DNA of 64,000 nucleotides from Nitrospinia bacterium (GTDB lineage Bacteria; Nitrospinota; Nitrospinia; Nitrospinales; JAJDAT01): NCBI GenBank assembly GCA_029261715.1, contig JAJDAT010000016.1, positions 301,885 to 365,884 of the forward strand, read 5' to 3'. Shown piece by piece: positions 9,058 to 17,194 of this stretch (position 1 is its first letter; each line of letters starts with the position of its first letter). The notes under the pieces were generated by a model. It saw only the letters and a program-made list of their open reading frames with translations, ran no database searches and was not told where the DNA came from. The position numbers and the translations under genes were made by a program.

Positions 9058-10197
9058 TCAGTAGATATTGGTCAAAATTTGACTGATATCTTTATAACTC
9101 AATTCAACCGGATTGTTTTTCATTCTATCCGGATTGACACTCTCCTGGACGATGGTTTCAAGATCGCTTTCCTTCAAATCCAAATCTCTCAATCTGATTG
9201 GGAGCCCAATAGACTGCATTAGTTTTGGCATATCTTTAACAAAAGATTCTAAAGAATCGGAATCAAACGCTTCCACAATTTGCTGAATTTTTTGCGGGAT
9301 CGCTTGGTTATTGAATTGAATAACCTCTTTTAAAGTAATGCTAACAGCTAGTCCATGAGGAATATCAAAATGAATTGTCATGGGGTAGGAAATTGAGTGG
9401 CATGCCGCTGTTTTAGTATTATTAAAAGCAAGGCCTGCAAATAAACTGGCCAGCGACATATTGGTGCGAGCTTCAAGATTATCCGGTTCGTTGTATGCTG
9501 TAGTTATGTTTTTTCTAATCAATCGTATGGCGTGTAAAGCAAAAGCGTCTGAGATGGGTTGCGAACTCTTTGACCAACAAGACTCAATAGCATGAGTCAT
9601 GGCGTCTAGGCCGGTAACTGCGGTAGTTTGAGGCGGCATATGAACTGTTAACTGTGGGTCAATGATCGCATAATCGGGGAACATCCAGGGATGGCTTAAA
9701 GAAAATTTCTTTTTCTGCTCCATATCCCATAGGGTTGCCCAACAAGTCACTTCACTAGCAGTTCCAGAAGTCGTGGGAATTGCAATAAACGGAAGGGGCT
9801 TATTCTCCAAAGATTTTTTTCCCGAAAGGTAATCCTCTAACGGTTCATGGTTCGTTGCCATTGCGGCTAGAATCTTCCCAGCATCCAAGACACTCCCACC
9901 TCCTAAGCTGATTACCAACTCAGCCTCCGAAGCTTTCAAGAACTGGATCGCCTGTTGAAGATCGTCGACAGTCGGGTTGGGCTTTATCTGGTCAAAAATG
10001 TACAAACTCTTGTCGTAAAGCATCCGTTTACAAACATCGACATACCCGAAACGACGCATCGATGAAAGACCGGTAACCAACAATATTTTTTTAGGAATGT
10101 TTAATTCGAGGACGTATTTTTTAAGAGATTCAAACGCATGAACCCCAAAGACAATTTTGGTAGGGCTTAGGTACTTCCAAGTTTCATCAAGCCTCAT
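9058..10197 (-). CDS. Iron-containing (group III) alcohol dehydrogenase; candidate phosphonoacetaldehyde-reductase-type enzyme
   Basis: GGGSVLDAGK nucleotide-binding motif, DAMTHAIE, and CHSISYPMTIHFDIPHGLA metal-binding His cluster. It overlaps the upstream ORF by 4 nt (10194-10197). Confidence 0.85.
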   Translation of the reverse strand: MRLDETWKYLSPTKIVFGVHAFESLKKYVLELNIPKKILLVTGLSSMRRFGYVDVCKRMLYDKSLYIFDQIKPNPTVDDLQQAIQFLKASEAELVISLGGGSVLDAGKILAAMATNHEPLEDYLSGKKSLENKPLPFIAIPTTSGTASEVTCWATLWDMEQKKKFSLSHPWMFPDYAIIDPQLTVHMPPQTTAVTGLDAMTHAIESCWSKSSQPISDAFALHAIRLIRKNITTAYNEPDNLEARTNMSLASLFAGLAFNNTKTAACHSISYPMTIHFDIPHGLAVSITLKEVIQFNNQAIPQKIQQIVEAFDSDSLESFVKDMPKLMQSIGLPIRLRDLDLKESDLETIVQESVNPDRMKNNPVELSYKDISQILTNIY

Positions 10198-11045
10198 TGC
10201 CGGACAAACTTTTTAACGAGGAGCTGGTTAAAAACACATTCGTGATCTTTTAGAAACTCAAGTTCACGATCGCATCGTTTATAATTGGAAACGCCTAAAA
10301 AACGCAGAAAAATTCTTATATTCCAATCCACAGTACTATAGGGAATAGCAGGATTTCCTAACTCGCCCATGCGAATTATCATCGCCTTGACCATGGCATG
10401 TGGATCGAACTTTTCATTCCAAAAGGAATGCTCATACAAAGCTGCGCCAAACCCCTGAAAATCGTCGTCGACTTGAATAAGTTCAGTCAATTGAAAATAA
10501 TCAATATCCTCCCAAACAGACCAGGCTCCCGAACAGGTAGATTTATCTGGGAAAAAAAGTTGGCGTGGAGCAATCCAAAGGTCGAAGTAAATATAAGAAA
10601 TAAAAGAAAGGAAAAAACCTATTTGGTTCTCCTTAAAAAATTCCTCGGACGGTAAATAGGATTCTTGGGACAACTTCAAATATTGCGCAATTAATTCCTC
10701 GGAGTGATCGAGAATTTGATTATAAAAAAGAATCTGTTTTTTGTAATAGTAGCGGTGGTTGAAGTTCGTCGAATTTTGAATTTCCTGCTGAATAGACTCA
10801 ATAAGAGGTTTTAATGATTCTCTGGTTTGCGCCTCATCATGTTTAAATTTTTCAAACATGGAAAAAGTTCCTACCGCAACTTCAAGTAATTCCGGCAAAT
10901 TAGAAAGGGCATGGGTATGCATACTATTATAAAACCGCCCTCTACTGATGTATGCCGGCAAATTCCCGAAATAGGAGGTACAAGGATCTTGATTGCAAAC
11001 GATCGATATCGATTTGCAAAACTCCAAGTGGCTGGAAAAATTCAT
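10194..11045 (-). CDS. Hypothetical protein (283 aa), family not recognised; weak HD-domain-like His/Asp spacing
   Basis: Long ORF, translationally coupled to the Fe-ADH gene. It looks helical. H45-x23-H69-D70, H97 and H113 are reminiscent of HD-domain metal ligands, but this is not conclusive. Confidence 0.55.
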   Translation of the reverse strand: MNFSSHLEFCKSISIVCNQDPCTSYFGNLPAYISRGRFYNSMHTHALSNLPELLEVAVGTFSMFEKFKHDEAQTRESLKPLIESIQQEIQNSTNFNHRYYYKKQILFYNQILDHSEELIAQYLKLSQESYLPSEEFFKENQIGFFLSFISYIYFDLWIAPRQLFFPDKSTCSGAWSVWEDIDYFQLTELIQVDDDFQGFGAALYEHSFWNEKFDPHAMVKAMIIRMGELGNPAIPYSTVDWNIRIFLRFLGVSNYKRCDRELEFLKDHECVFNQLLVKKFVRQ

Positions 11046-11130
11046 GGGATAGTGAACGCTAGAAACGTGAATTAGATGAATGAAACGTTGTGGTCAATAG
11101 GGTACTCAAATTCCCCTATCGGTTCGTTTC

Positions 11131-11826
11131 TCAATAATACTCTTCTTGGTCATTAATAATCCGGGATGCATTGTCGGCAGATATAAGATTCAATTCTTGA
11201 CGCGCGTCTCCAGAAGCCAAAGACTGGCCAAATGTGATGGCTAAAATTCTTCCTAAATTAGCTGGATCGGGCGACCAGAAACCGTGAGGCACAAAACCTG
11301 GTATTAACCAGGAATCACCCTCTTGAAACTCTTCATAATGCGTTTCGCCTTCTCCAATCCAAACAAAACCTACAGGTCCTCCATGTAACACTTGAGTGTA
11401 TTGATGAAAAAAATGACCCCGGTTTAAAACAACATCTTCTTTCTCAGTCAAATGGAGTAATAGTTCTACTGGCTTAAAGTTCGGTAAGGTCGAAGACATG
11501 GCTCGACACCAATAGGTATATTGTAGTCTTTCAGCTCGAAACTGATCCATTTTAACGGCTTCTGAGTTCCTTAGAATGATCACGCCACGTTCTCTGTCAT
11601 CATCCATTGGCAGCAAATCACGAACGCTAACATGAAATTCTTTAGCCAGTTTTTCTAGCTCTTCCCATGTAGGTTTCTGATAACCCTTTTCAAGCTCGGA
11701 CAATCTATCCCGCGCAATACCAGTATTTTGAGACACCATTGCGTGTGTATATTTAATCTCATTCCGCCAAGCATGAATCAGGGACCCATAACTTAAATAA
11801 GGTGGTGTCGCAGTTTTTGTCTCCAT
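11131..11826 (-). CDS. XRE-type HTH domain fused to a C-terminal cupin (HppE-like architecture); either an enzyme or a regulator
   Basis: The N-terminal helix-turn-helix is MVSQNTGIARDRLSELEKGYQKPTWEELEKLAKEFHVSVRDLL. The C-terminal cupin is NRGHFFHQ...GDSWLIPGFVPHGFW. Putative metal ligands are H138, Q142 and H181. Confidence 0.75.
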   Translation of the reverse strand: METKTATPPYLSYGSLIHAWRNEIKYTHAMVSQNTGIARDRLSELEKGYQKPTWEELEKLAKEFHVSVRDLLPMDDDRERGVIILRNSEAVKMDQFRAERLQYTYWCRAMSSTLPNFKPVELLLHLTEKEDVVLNRGHFFHQYTQVLHGGPVGFVWIGEGETHYEEFQEGDSWLIPGFVPHGFWSPDPANLGRILAITFGQSLASGDARQELNLISADNASRIINDQEEYY

Positions 11827-11896
11827 AGAAGCCTTCTCAACTTAATTAAGATTATGCAAAAAATATTCTATTGGCCTAAAGTAAAACCTTTTACAC

Positions 11897-12670
11897 TCAT
11901 AATATCATATCTTTAAAAGATTTTTTGGCGTTATTAAAATCCTCTTGAGTGTCTAATTCTTTCCACCCATTCTGAATTTTTACACAGTGAACGGGAATTG
12001 AGTTGTCTACCATCTCCTGAAATAAATCCGTTAAATAAGCTTTTTTCAAACTAGGAGCTTGTTGAAAAGGACGATCTGCATACGTTATCTTACTTTGCTC
12101 ATAAGACTTTTTAAATAAGTCGGAGCCACGTGCCGTTAGCTTTAACATCCCAATAAATTCACCTGGCGCATCTTCTTTCTTTAAAGATCTGACATTCTTT
12201 CCAATTTCTTGCACAAACCCTTTTTCATCGTAAAAAGCCGACTCGGCTTCGGAAATCGGGTGAAGCTTGCGGCCAACATAATTAGCCTTCCAATTTTCAT
12301 CCACAACAACCGAGACATCCTCCTTAGAGGCTAAAAGCTTCTCAACAACAGATGTATTAAAAATGATATCGCAATACAGAATAACAACATCGCCGTGAAT
12401 CTCTTCTTTCGCATAAAAAAGAGACTCTAGAATATTGTTGTTCTCATAATCTGGGTTCATAAAAAATTGAACCCCTGGAAGTTTCAACTTATCCGCCTGG
12501 TAACCTCGGATGACAAAAATATCCTGAACTCCCGCAGCCTTCAAACAATCAATTTGAATATTGATTAGAGGCTTACCGTTTAAGGGAAGTAAACACTTCG
12601 GTTTGTCATCGGTTAACTCCCCCATTCTATTCCCCATACCTGCCGCTATTATAATTGCTTTTGAAGCCAA
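11897..12670 (-). CDS. Nucleotidyltransferase, LicC/PntC-like cytidylyltransferase family
   Basis: AIIIAAGMGNRMG...KCLLPLNGKPLI is the N-terminal NTP-transferase signature. 257 aa. TTG start preceded by an AAGGTGG Shine-Dalgarno sequence. Confidence 0.8.
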   Translation of the reverse strand: MASKAIIIAAGMGNRMGELTDDKPKCLLPLNGKPLINIQIDCLKAAGVQDIFVIRGYQADKLKLPGVQFFMNPDYENNNILESLFYAKEEIHGDVVILYCDIIFNTSVVEKLLASKEDVSVVVDENWKANYVGRKLHPISEAESAFYDEKGFVQEIGKNVRSLKKEDAPGEFIGMLKLTARGSDLFKKSYEQSKITYADRPFQQAPSLKKAYLTDLFQEMVDNSIPVHCVKIQNGWKELDTQEDFNNAKKSFKDMIL

Positions 12671-12848
12671 ATTAATCCACCTTTTGATTTTGAAAAAGAG
12701 TTAAATTTAAATTCTAATATCCCAGCAAAAAACCTGTGGTTGGACAAACTCGCTACTAAGCCTAAAACACCTTACAACCCCAAGCAAATCAATCGGTTAG
12801 AATGTTAATCATATTTCATTGTCAGGTCAATAAAAACAATTCTAATAT

Positions 12849-12879
12849 ACCGGCGGCCTAAAAGACTTTGACCGCCGGT
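12849..12879 (-). terminator. GC-rich hairpin downstream of the Cys-rich small gene
   Basis: ACCGGCGG (12849-12856) pairs with CCGCCGGT (12872-12879) across a 15-nt loop, 20 nt after the stop at 12899. U-richness on the minus strand is only moderate. Confidence 0.4.
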
Positions 12880-12898
12880 TTTAAATCAGTTTAGGGTT

Positions 12899-13219
12899 TT
12901 AAGAAAAATAGATCTTCTGAATTTCTTCGCGAAGTTCTTTCTGAGCTTTGGCTTGTTCCAACATTGAATGCCAATGAGTCCCAAGAGCTTTCACCAGGGC
13001 GTCAGACTTTTGATCTATCTTCTCGCCCCAAGCGATCTTAATTTTTTCCTTCAAACTTTCCACTTGAACCTGATGCATCGCTTCAAAAAAAGCTTTGTTT
13101 CCCATCTTTGCCGAGGTTTCTACAGGGCAACATAAATCCTCTAATGATTTCTCTACTGGACAACACTCTTGAGCGCTATCACATTGATCTTGAGATGAAA
13201 CTGTTTCGCAACTGGACAT
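12899..13219 (-). CDS. Small Cys-rich protein (106 aa), unknown function
   Basis: The N-terminus has 7 Cys, including a duplicated CCPVE motif (ECCPVEKSLEDLCCPVETS). The C-terminal half is helical and charged. There is a strong AAGAGGAGAG Shine-Dalgarno sequence upstream of the ATG. Confidence 0.6.
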   Translation of the reverse strand: MSSCETVSSQDQCDSAQECCPVEKSLEDLCCPVETSAKMGNKAFFEAMHQVQVESLKEKIKIAWGEKIDQKSDALVKALGTHWHSMLEQAKAQKELREEIQKIYFS

Positions 13220-13360
13220 AATAAAACTCTCCTCTTAAAGTTTAAAAAAGACACGTTGAAAAATGGTAGTTTTTTTGGAATTTCTCTATTTCTACAATTA
13301 CCCAACGCTCCCCAAAATTAATCGCTTTAAGCGATCACAAAATATCTGATGAAAAAACCC

Positions 13361-13388
13361 AAAAAATACCAACTAGTTGGTATTTTTT
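13361..13388. promoter_or_regulatory. Perfect 28-bp palindrome, probable TetR operator upstream of the Cys-rich gene
   Basis: AAAAAATACCAACT/AGTTGGTATTTTTT is perfectly self-complementary. Its core recurs at 14005-14019, directly upstream of the TetR start. Confidence 0.6.
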
Positions 13389-13405
13389 AGAGTAAATTTT
13401 TTTTG

Positions 13406-13990
13406 CTACCTCCCAAATAAAATTTTCACATACTCTTTATATTGTTTTACTGAACGCTGAATCACTTTATTATCCTGTTTTGCTCTCATTAAAATTAAAG
13501 AACCTTGAATTGTCGCTAAAAAATATTCCGCAAGTTCTTCCGGTTTAAAAGACGCTTTTGGAGCGTATTTTTCTTTCGCTAAGATAAAATCCTGTTTCAC
13601 TTTCCCTATAAATTTATTAAAAATTTCTTCGCAAACCTCCCGAATATTAGGATGCGTTTCTGAAAGCTCCTGAGAAAAAATACCAATCAGGCACCCTTTA
13701 TTTTGCGGATTTTTAGAAGCGTCATGAACCAAATCCAACAAATTATAAATTCGCTTTAAAGGGTCCGGCTCATCTTGAGAACTACACTTTTCATCTATCG
13801 CTTGTTGTTGGCCACATGCAAAATGAAGCGCAACGTTTTTCCCTAAGTCTTCCTTATCCTTGAAATAATAGAAAAAACTCCCCTTAGTAACACCCGCTTT
13901 TTCGCATATATCGTCGATCGTTGCAGCAATAAATCCTTTTTCAAGCATTAAGCATTGAGCGGAATCTAATATTTTTGTTTTCTTATCCAT
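13406..13990 (-). CDS. TetR/AcrR-family transcriptional regulator
   Basis: MDKKTKILDSAQCLMLEKGFIAATIDDICEKAGVTKGSFFYYFKDKEDL is a classic TetR HTH. I place the start at the ATG at 13990. The 21-codon upstream extension in the ORF track (to 14053) translates the operator palindrome. Confidence 0.85.
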   Translation of the reverse strand: MDKKTKILDSAQCLMLEKGFIAATIDDICEKAGVTKGSFFYYFKDKEDLGKNVALHFACGQQQAIDEKCSSQDEPDPLKRIYNLLDLVHDASKNPQNKGCLIGIFSQELSETHPNIREVCEEIFNKFIGKVKQDFILAKEKYAPKASFKPEELAEYFLATIQGSLILMRAKQDNKVIQRSVKQYKEYVKILFGR

Positions 13991-14004
13991 AACACCCAAA
14001 TAAA

Positions 14005-14019
14005 TACCAACTAGTTGGT
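14005..14019. promoter_or_regulatory. Second copy of the palindromic operator core, 15 nt upstream of the TetR start
   Basis: TACCAACTAGTTGGT is identical to the core of the 13361-13388 palindrome. The flanking arms keep the AT-rich symmetry with one mismatch. Confidence 0.55.
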
Positions 14020-14176
14020 TTATTATTGTATATTTATTGTTTTTAACAATCAATAAAAATAATCTTCTCTTTTATTTCTTAAAAAAAATCAATACCATAC
14101 GTATTAAAATTAGTTTCACAAACCAATTCCTGAGATAATCCTCCCTCATTATTTTTCTGGGCTCACTTTAAATTAA

Positions 14177-15496
14177 ATGAACACTTCGCATTTATTAGAT
14201 GAAATCATAAGTATCGCCGAGAACAAAACTGTTTACGTTGTTGGCGGAACTATTCGAGATAAAATACTAAATAGGCCGCTCGCAGACTACGATTTTGCAT
14301 GCGCTAACGCCCCTGAAATCGCAACTCAACTTTCCCAAAAAAACAATTTCCCTCTAGTTAAACTAGACGAAACTCCAAAACGAGAAACTTATAGGGTTAT
14401 TTTAAACGATCAAACCAATTTTGATTTTACTGTTCTTCAAGGCAAATCAATTGAAGAAGACCTTGGTCGTAGAGATTTGACTATTAACGCCATGGCGGTT
14501 TCTTTAGAAAATTTTACTAAAGGAAACTTTTTACCCATAGATCCATTTGGCGGCCAAGAAGATCTAAAAAATAAAACTATACGAGCTTTACCCGGAAACG
14601 TTTTAAAAGATGATCCCCTACGTGTTTTACGAGCTTTTCGATTTGCGGCTCAATTAGACTTCAAAATTGAGCCCGCTACATTCCAACGCTTATCCAGGGA
14701 AAAAGAGGGATTGAATCAAGTAGCTGGAGAACGAATTGCTCCAGAATTATGCACAATACTTTCTTCCAATGACTCAGGTAAAACCGTCGCCCGTATGTCG
14801 GTATCGGGCGTATTAAACATACTCGTACCAAACTCTAAAGACAACGCATCCAAGAGTTTTGCTCTCAAAACTTATAATGAAACGGAAAGTTTTTTAAATC
14901 GACCTGAAGATTTATACCCGGACAGGTTCAAAAAAGACGGTATCTTTTTAGAAGAAACAGCGCTTGTAAAACTTGCATGTTTGCTATGGCATTTCCTAAA
15001 AGAGGACGCTGTCGAAACTAAAAAAACCGAAGAACTTTTGAAAAAACTAAGATTCAGCAACTCAGATTCCCGCTTCATTTTAAAAACGATTCAAGCAGCC
15101 GATGAAGCTTTAACTTCCAATTTAGATTTTGCCGGCTGGTCACCAGACTTTTCTCAAATTTATGGTTTTGTAAAACAAGCTGAAGAGGAATTGGTTCCAA
15201 GTTTATATCTAGCGGCTGGAGCTTTTAAATCACATTTAAATTTGGATGATATTGAAGGAGAGGGCTTTGTTAGAGCAACACATAACTTACTCGATTTTTA
15301 TAAGCGTCGTTATCTCCCAGCTAAAGAACATCCCCCTCTCTTAACTGGAGACGATCTTCAAAATGAATTTAACCTTTCACCCTCCCCTATTTTCAAGTCT
15401 ATTTTAGAATATATAGAAGAAGGTCGAGTCTTAGGCACTATTAAAAGTAAAGAAGACGCTAGAAAAATGGTTAAAAGCATGATTGAAAGTTTTTAA
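14177..15496 (+). CDS. cca: CCA-adding tRNA nucleotidyltransferase / poly(A) polymerase family
   Basis: GGTIRDKILNRPLADYDFA and RRDLTINAMA are class II nucleotidyltransferase head-domain motifs. Confidence 0.8.
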   Translation: MNTSHLLDEIISIAENKTVYVVGGTIRDKILNRPLADYDFACANAPEIATQLSQKNNFPLVKLDETPKRETYRVILNDQTNFDFTVLQGKSIEEDLGRRDLTINAMAVSLENFTKGNFLPIDPFGGQEDLKNKTIRALPGNVLKDDPLRVLRAFRFAAQLDFKIEPATFQRLSREKEGLNQVAGERIAPELCTILSSNDSGKTVARMSVSGVLNILVPNSKDNASKSFALKTYNETESFLNRPEDLYPDRFKKDGIFLEETALVKLACLLWHFLKEDAVETKKTEELLKKLRFSNSDSRFILKTIQAADEALTSNLDFAGWSPDFSQIYGFVKQAEEELVPSLYLAAGAFKSHLNLDDIEGEGFVRATHNLLDFYKRRYLPAKEHPPLLTGDDLQNEFNLSPSPIFKSILEYIEEGRVLGTIKSKEDARKMVKSMIESF

Positions 15497-15648
15497 GATC
15501 GCCTATGATAACTCCACTTTCCCCTGATTTGCTATCGCTTAGTCCTTATAATAAGCGCTAGGCTCATCGCAAGTTTGATTTTTTAGCTATTCCCTTAACC
15601 GAACCACCTATTAACCATTCGAGAGCAATAAAAAATAGGGTTTTAAAA

Positions 15649-16305
15649 ATGTCATTAAATTTTTCGAATAAAATCTGGAACGATAAAAAAGTTATTTTAG
15701 GAGAACAAGAACTCGATACCAACATGCCTATCCGTATTGTAATCGGTTTTCATGGCGCTGAGTCAACTCCAGAAAACATGTTGGTTCATGGCAGTAAATT
15801 GACCATTCCAAATTCTCTCCTAGTCTTCCCAGAAGGCCCGATTGACGCTGAAAACGGACTTTGGAGTTGGTGGAAAGACGGTCCAAAACAAAAAGAAACT
15901 GTCCAATCATTTGTTACGGTTACAGACGCAATTTTTAATCAAGCAAAAGAATACGTTACAAAAAAGCATGAAAATGCATCGGTAGACTTTTTTACCTGGG
16001 GGTTTTCTCAAGGAGCTGCCGCTGTTTTAGTCGCTGTTTTATTCGGTTCTCAAACTATTAATAAAGCGGCTTCCGTTTGCGGTTTTTTGCCGGAATTGCC
16101 TGGCGAAGCCCCTAAACCTTCTAGCCCAGTACCTATTCTTGGAATATTTGGAGCTAACGACGAAGTTGTTCCTTCTTTTCTGGCGGAACATGCTTTAGAA
16201 GAGATAAACCAAATGGGGCACCAAGCACAAATTAAAGAAACTTCCCAGGGACATGAAATAACTCCAGAAAATTTAGCAGAGATTAATCAATGTTTTGGAA
16301 ACTAG
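15649..16305 (+). CDS. Alpha/beta hydrolase, phospholipase/carboxylesterase family
   Basis: GFHGAEST, the nucleophile elbow GFSQGAA, GANDEVVP (Asp) and GHEIT (His) form a Ser-Asp-His triad pattern. Confidence 0.7.
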   Translation: MSLNFSNKIWNDKKVILGEQELDTNMPIRIVIGFHGAESTPENMLVHGSKLTIPNSLLVFPEGPIDAENGLWSWWKDGPKQKETVQSFVTVTDAIFNQAKEYVTKKHENASVDFFTWGFSQGAAAVLVAVLFGSQTINKAASVCGFLPELPGEAPKPSSPVPILGIFGANDEVVPSFLAEHALEEINQMGHQAQIKETSQGHEITPENLAEINQCFGN

Positions 16306-16315
16306 TCTTAAACAT

Positions 16316-17194
16316 ATGAAAACTAAAAAAATTCTAATAGTTATTTTGTTCCTCTTTTTTAGCTGGAATTCCAACGTTTTTGCAAAAGACGCACAACGAG
16401 TTATTTCTTTGTCCCCTTCTATAACAGAAGTGCTATTTGCTATAGGAGCCGGGGACCAGGTAGTGGCGGTAACAGATTTTTGCACGTACCCAAAAGAAGC
16501 CGTCAAAAAGCCAAAAGTTGGCGGAATGTTGAATTCCAGCGCAGAATCAATCATCGCTTTAAAACCTAACCTTATCGTTTTTCAACCTGGTAAATCCAAT
16601 ATCAAACAACTTACAAAAAAACTAAATTCTGAATATATCGAAGCTTCTTTTCAAGATTTGAAATCGATCTACCAATCTATTCAAGATATTGGAAATGCCG
16701 TAGGAAAAGCAAAAGAAGCGAAGAAGTTAATTGGCGACATAAAATCAAAACTTCATAGTTACCAGGAACGCCTTAAAAATGTAAAACCAAAATCGACACT
16801 TTTAATTTTGGGAGATAGCCAAGACCCTTTAAGAGATTTATACGCGGTTGGCAAAAGAACTTTCTTAGACGAGCTTCTTACTTTATCTGGAGGAGAAAAC
16901 GTTTTGAGTGAAACTCTCTCCCAGTATCCCAAAATTTCAAGAGAGTACATTATTTCTCGTTCTCCAGAAGTCGTCATAATTGCTGGTCCCAATAGCGACG
17001 TCACAGAAAAAGAATTCTCTTCAAACCTAAACGCTTGGAGAATATTGGGTTCAGTCCGCGCAGTGAAAAATAAAAACATACATATGATTAACGAAGACTA
17101 TATTCTAATTCCAGGACCGCGCCTGGTAAATATCGTGGACAGATTTTATCAAGCGCTACACTCCCCCAAATCACAAGTTTCCACTCCGCAATAA
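16316..17194 (+). CDS. ABC transporter periplasmic binding protein, BtuF/FhuD class (cobalamin or Fe-chelate)
   Basis: Signal peptide, then RVISLSPSITEVLFAIGAGDQVVAVTDFCTYP, typical of BtuF-like proteins. The ATG at 16316 is preferred over the TTG at 16295 in the ORF track. Confidence 0.8.
   Translation: MKTKKILIVILFLFFSWNSNVFAKDAQRVISLSPSITEVLFAIGAGDQVVAVTDFCTYPKEAVKKPKVGGMLNSSAESIIALKPNLIVFQPGKSNIKQLTKKLNSEYIEASFQDLKSIYQSIQDIGNAVGKAKEAKKLIGDIKSKLHSYQERLKNVKPKSTLLILGDSQDPLRDLYAVGKRTFLDELLTLSGGENVLSETLSQYPKISREYIISRSPEVVIIAGPNSDVTEKEFSSNLNAWRILGSVRAVKNKNIHMINEDYILIPGPRLVNIVDRFYQALHSPKSQVSTPQ

Noticed and set aside
13991-14053. N-terminal 21-codon extension of the TetR ORF given in the ORF track
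   Set aside because: The extension translates the palindromic operator and AT-rich promoter DNA (MIVKNNKYTIINQLVGIYLGV). The internal ATG at 13990 gives a canonical TetR N-terminus (MDKKTKILD...).
15497-15648. Cobalamin riboswitch upstream of the importer block (also checked 19029-19302 and 20674-20919, upstream of cobQ)
   Set aside because: By eye I found no B12-box-like element (consensus around AGYCMGGAGACCKGCC) and no GC-rich multi-stem region. These spacers are very AT-rich. A covariance-model scan (Rfam RF00174) would be decisive. Only a 10-bp inverted repeat precedes cobQ.
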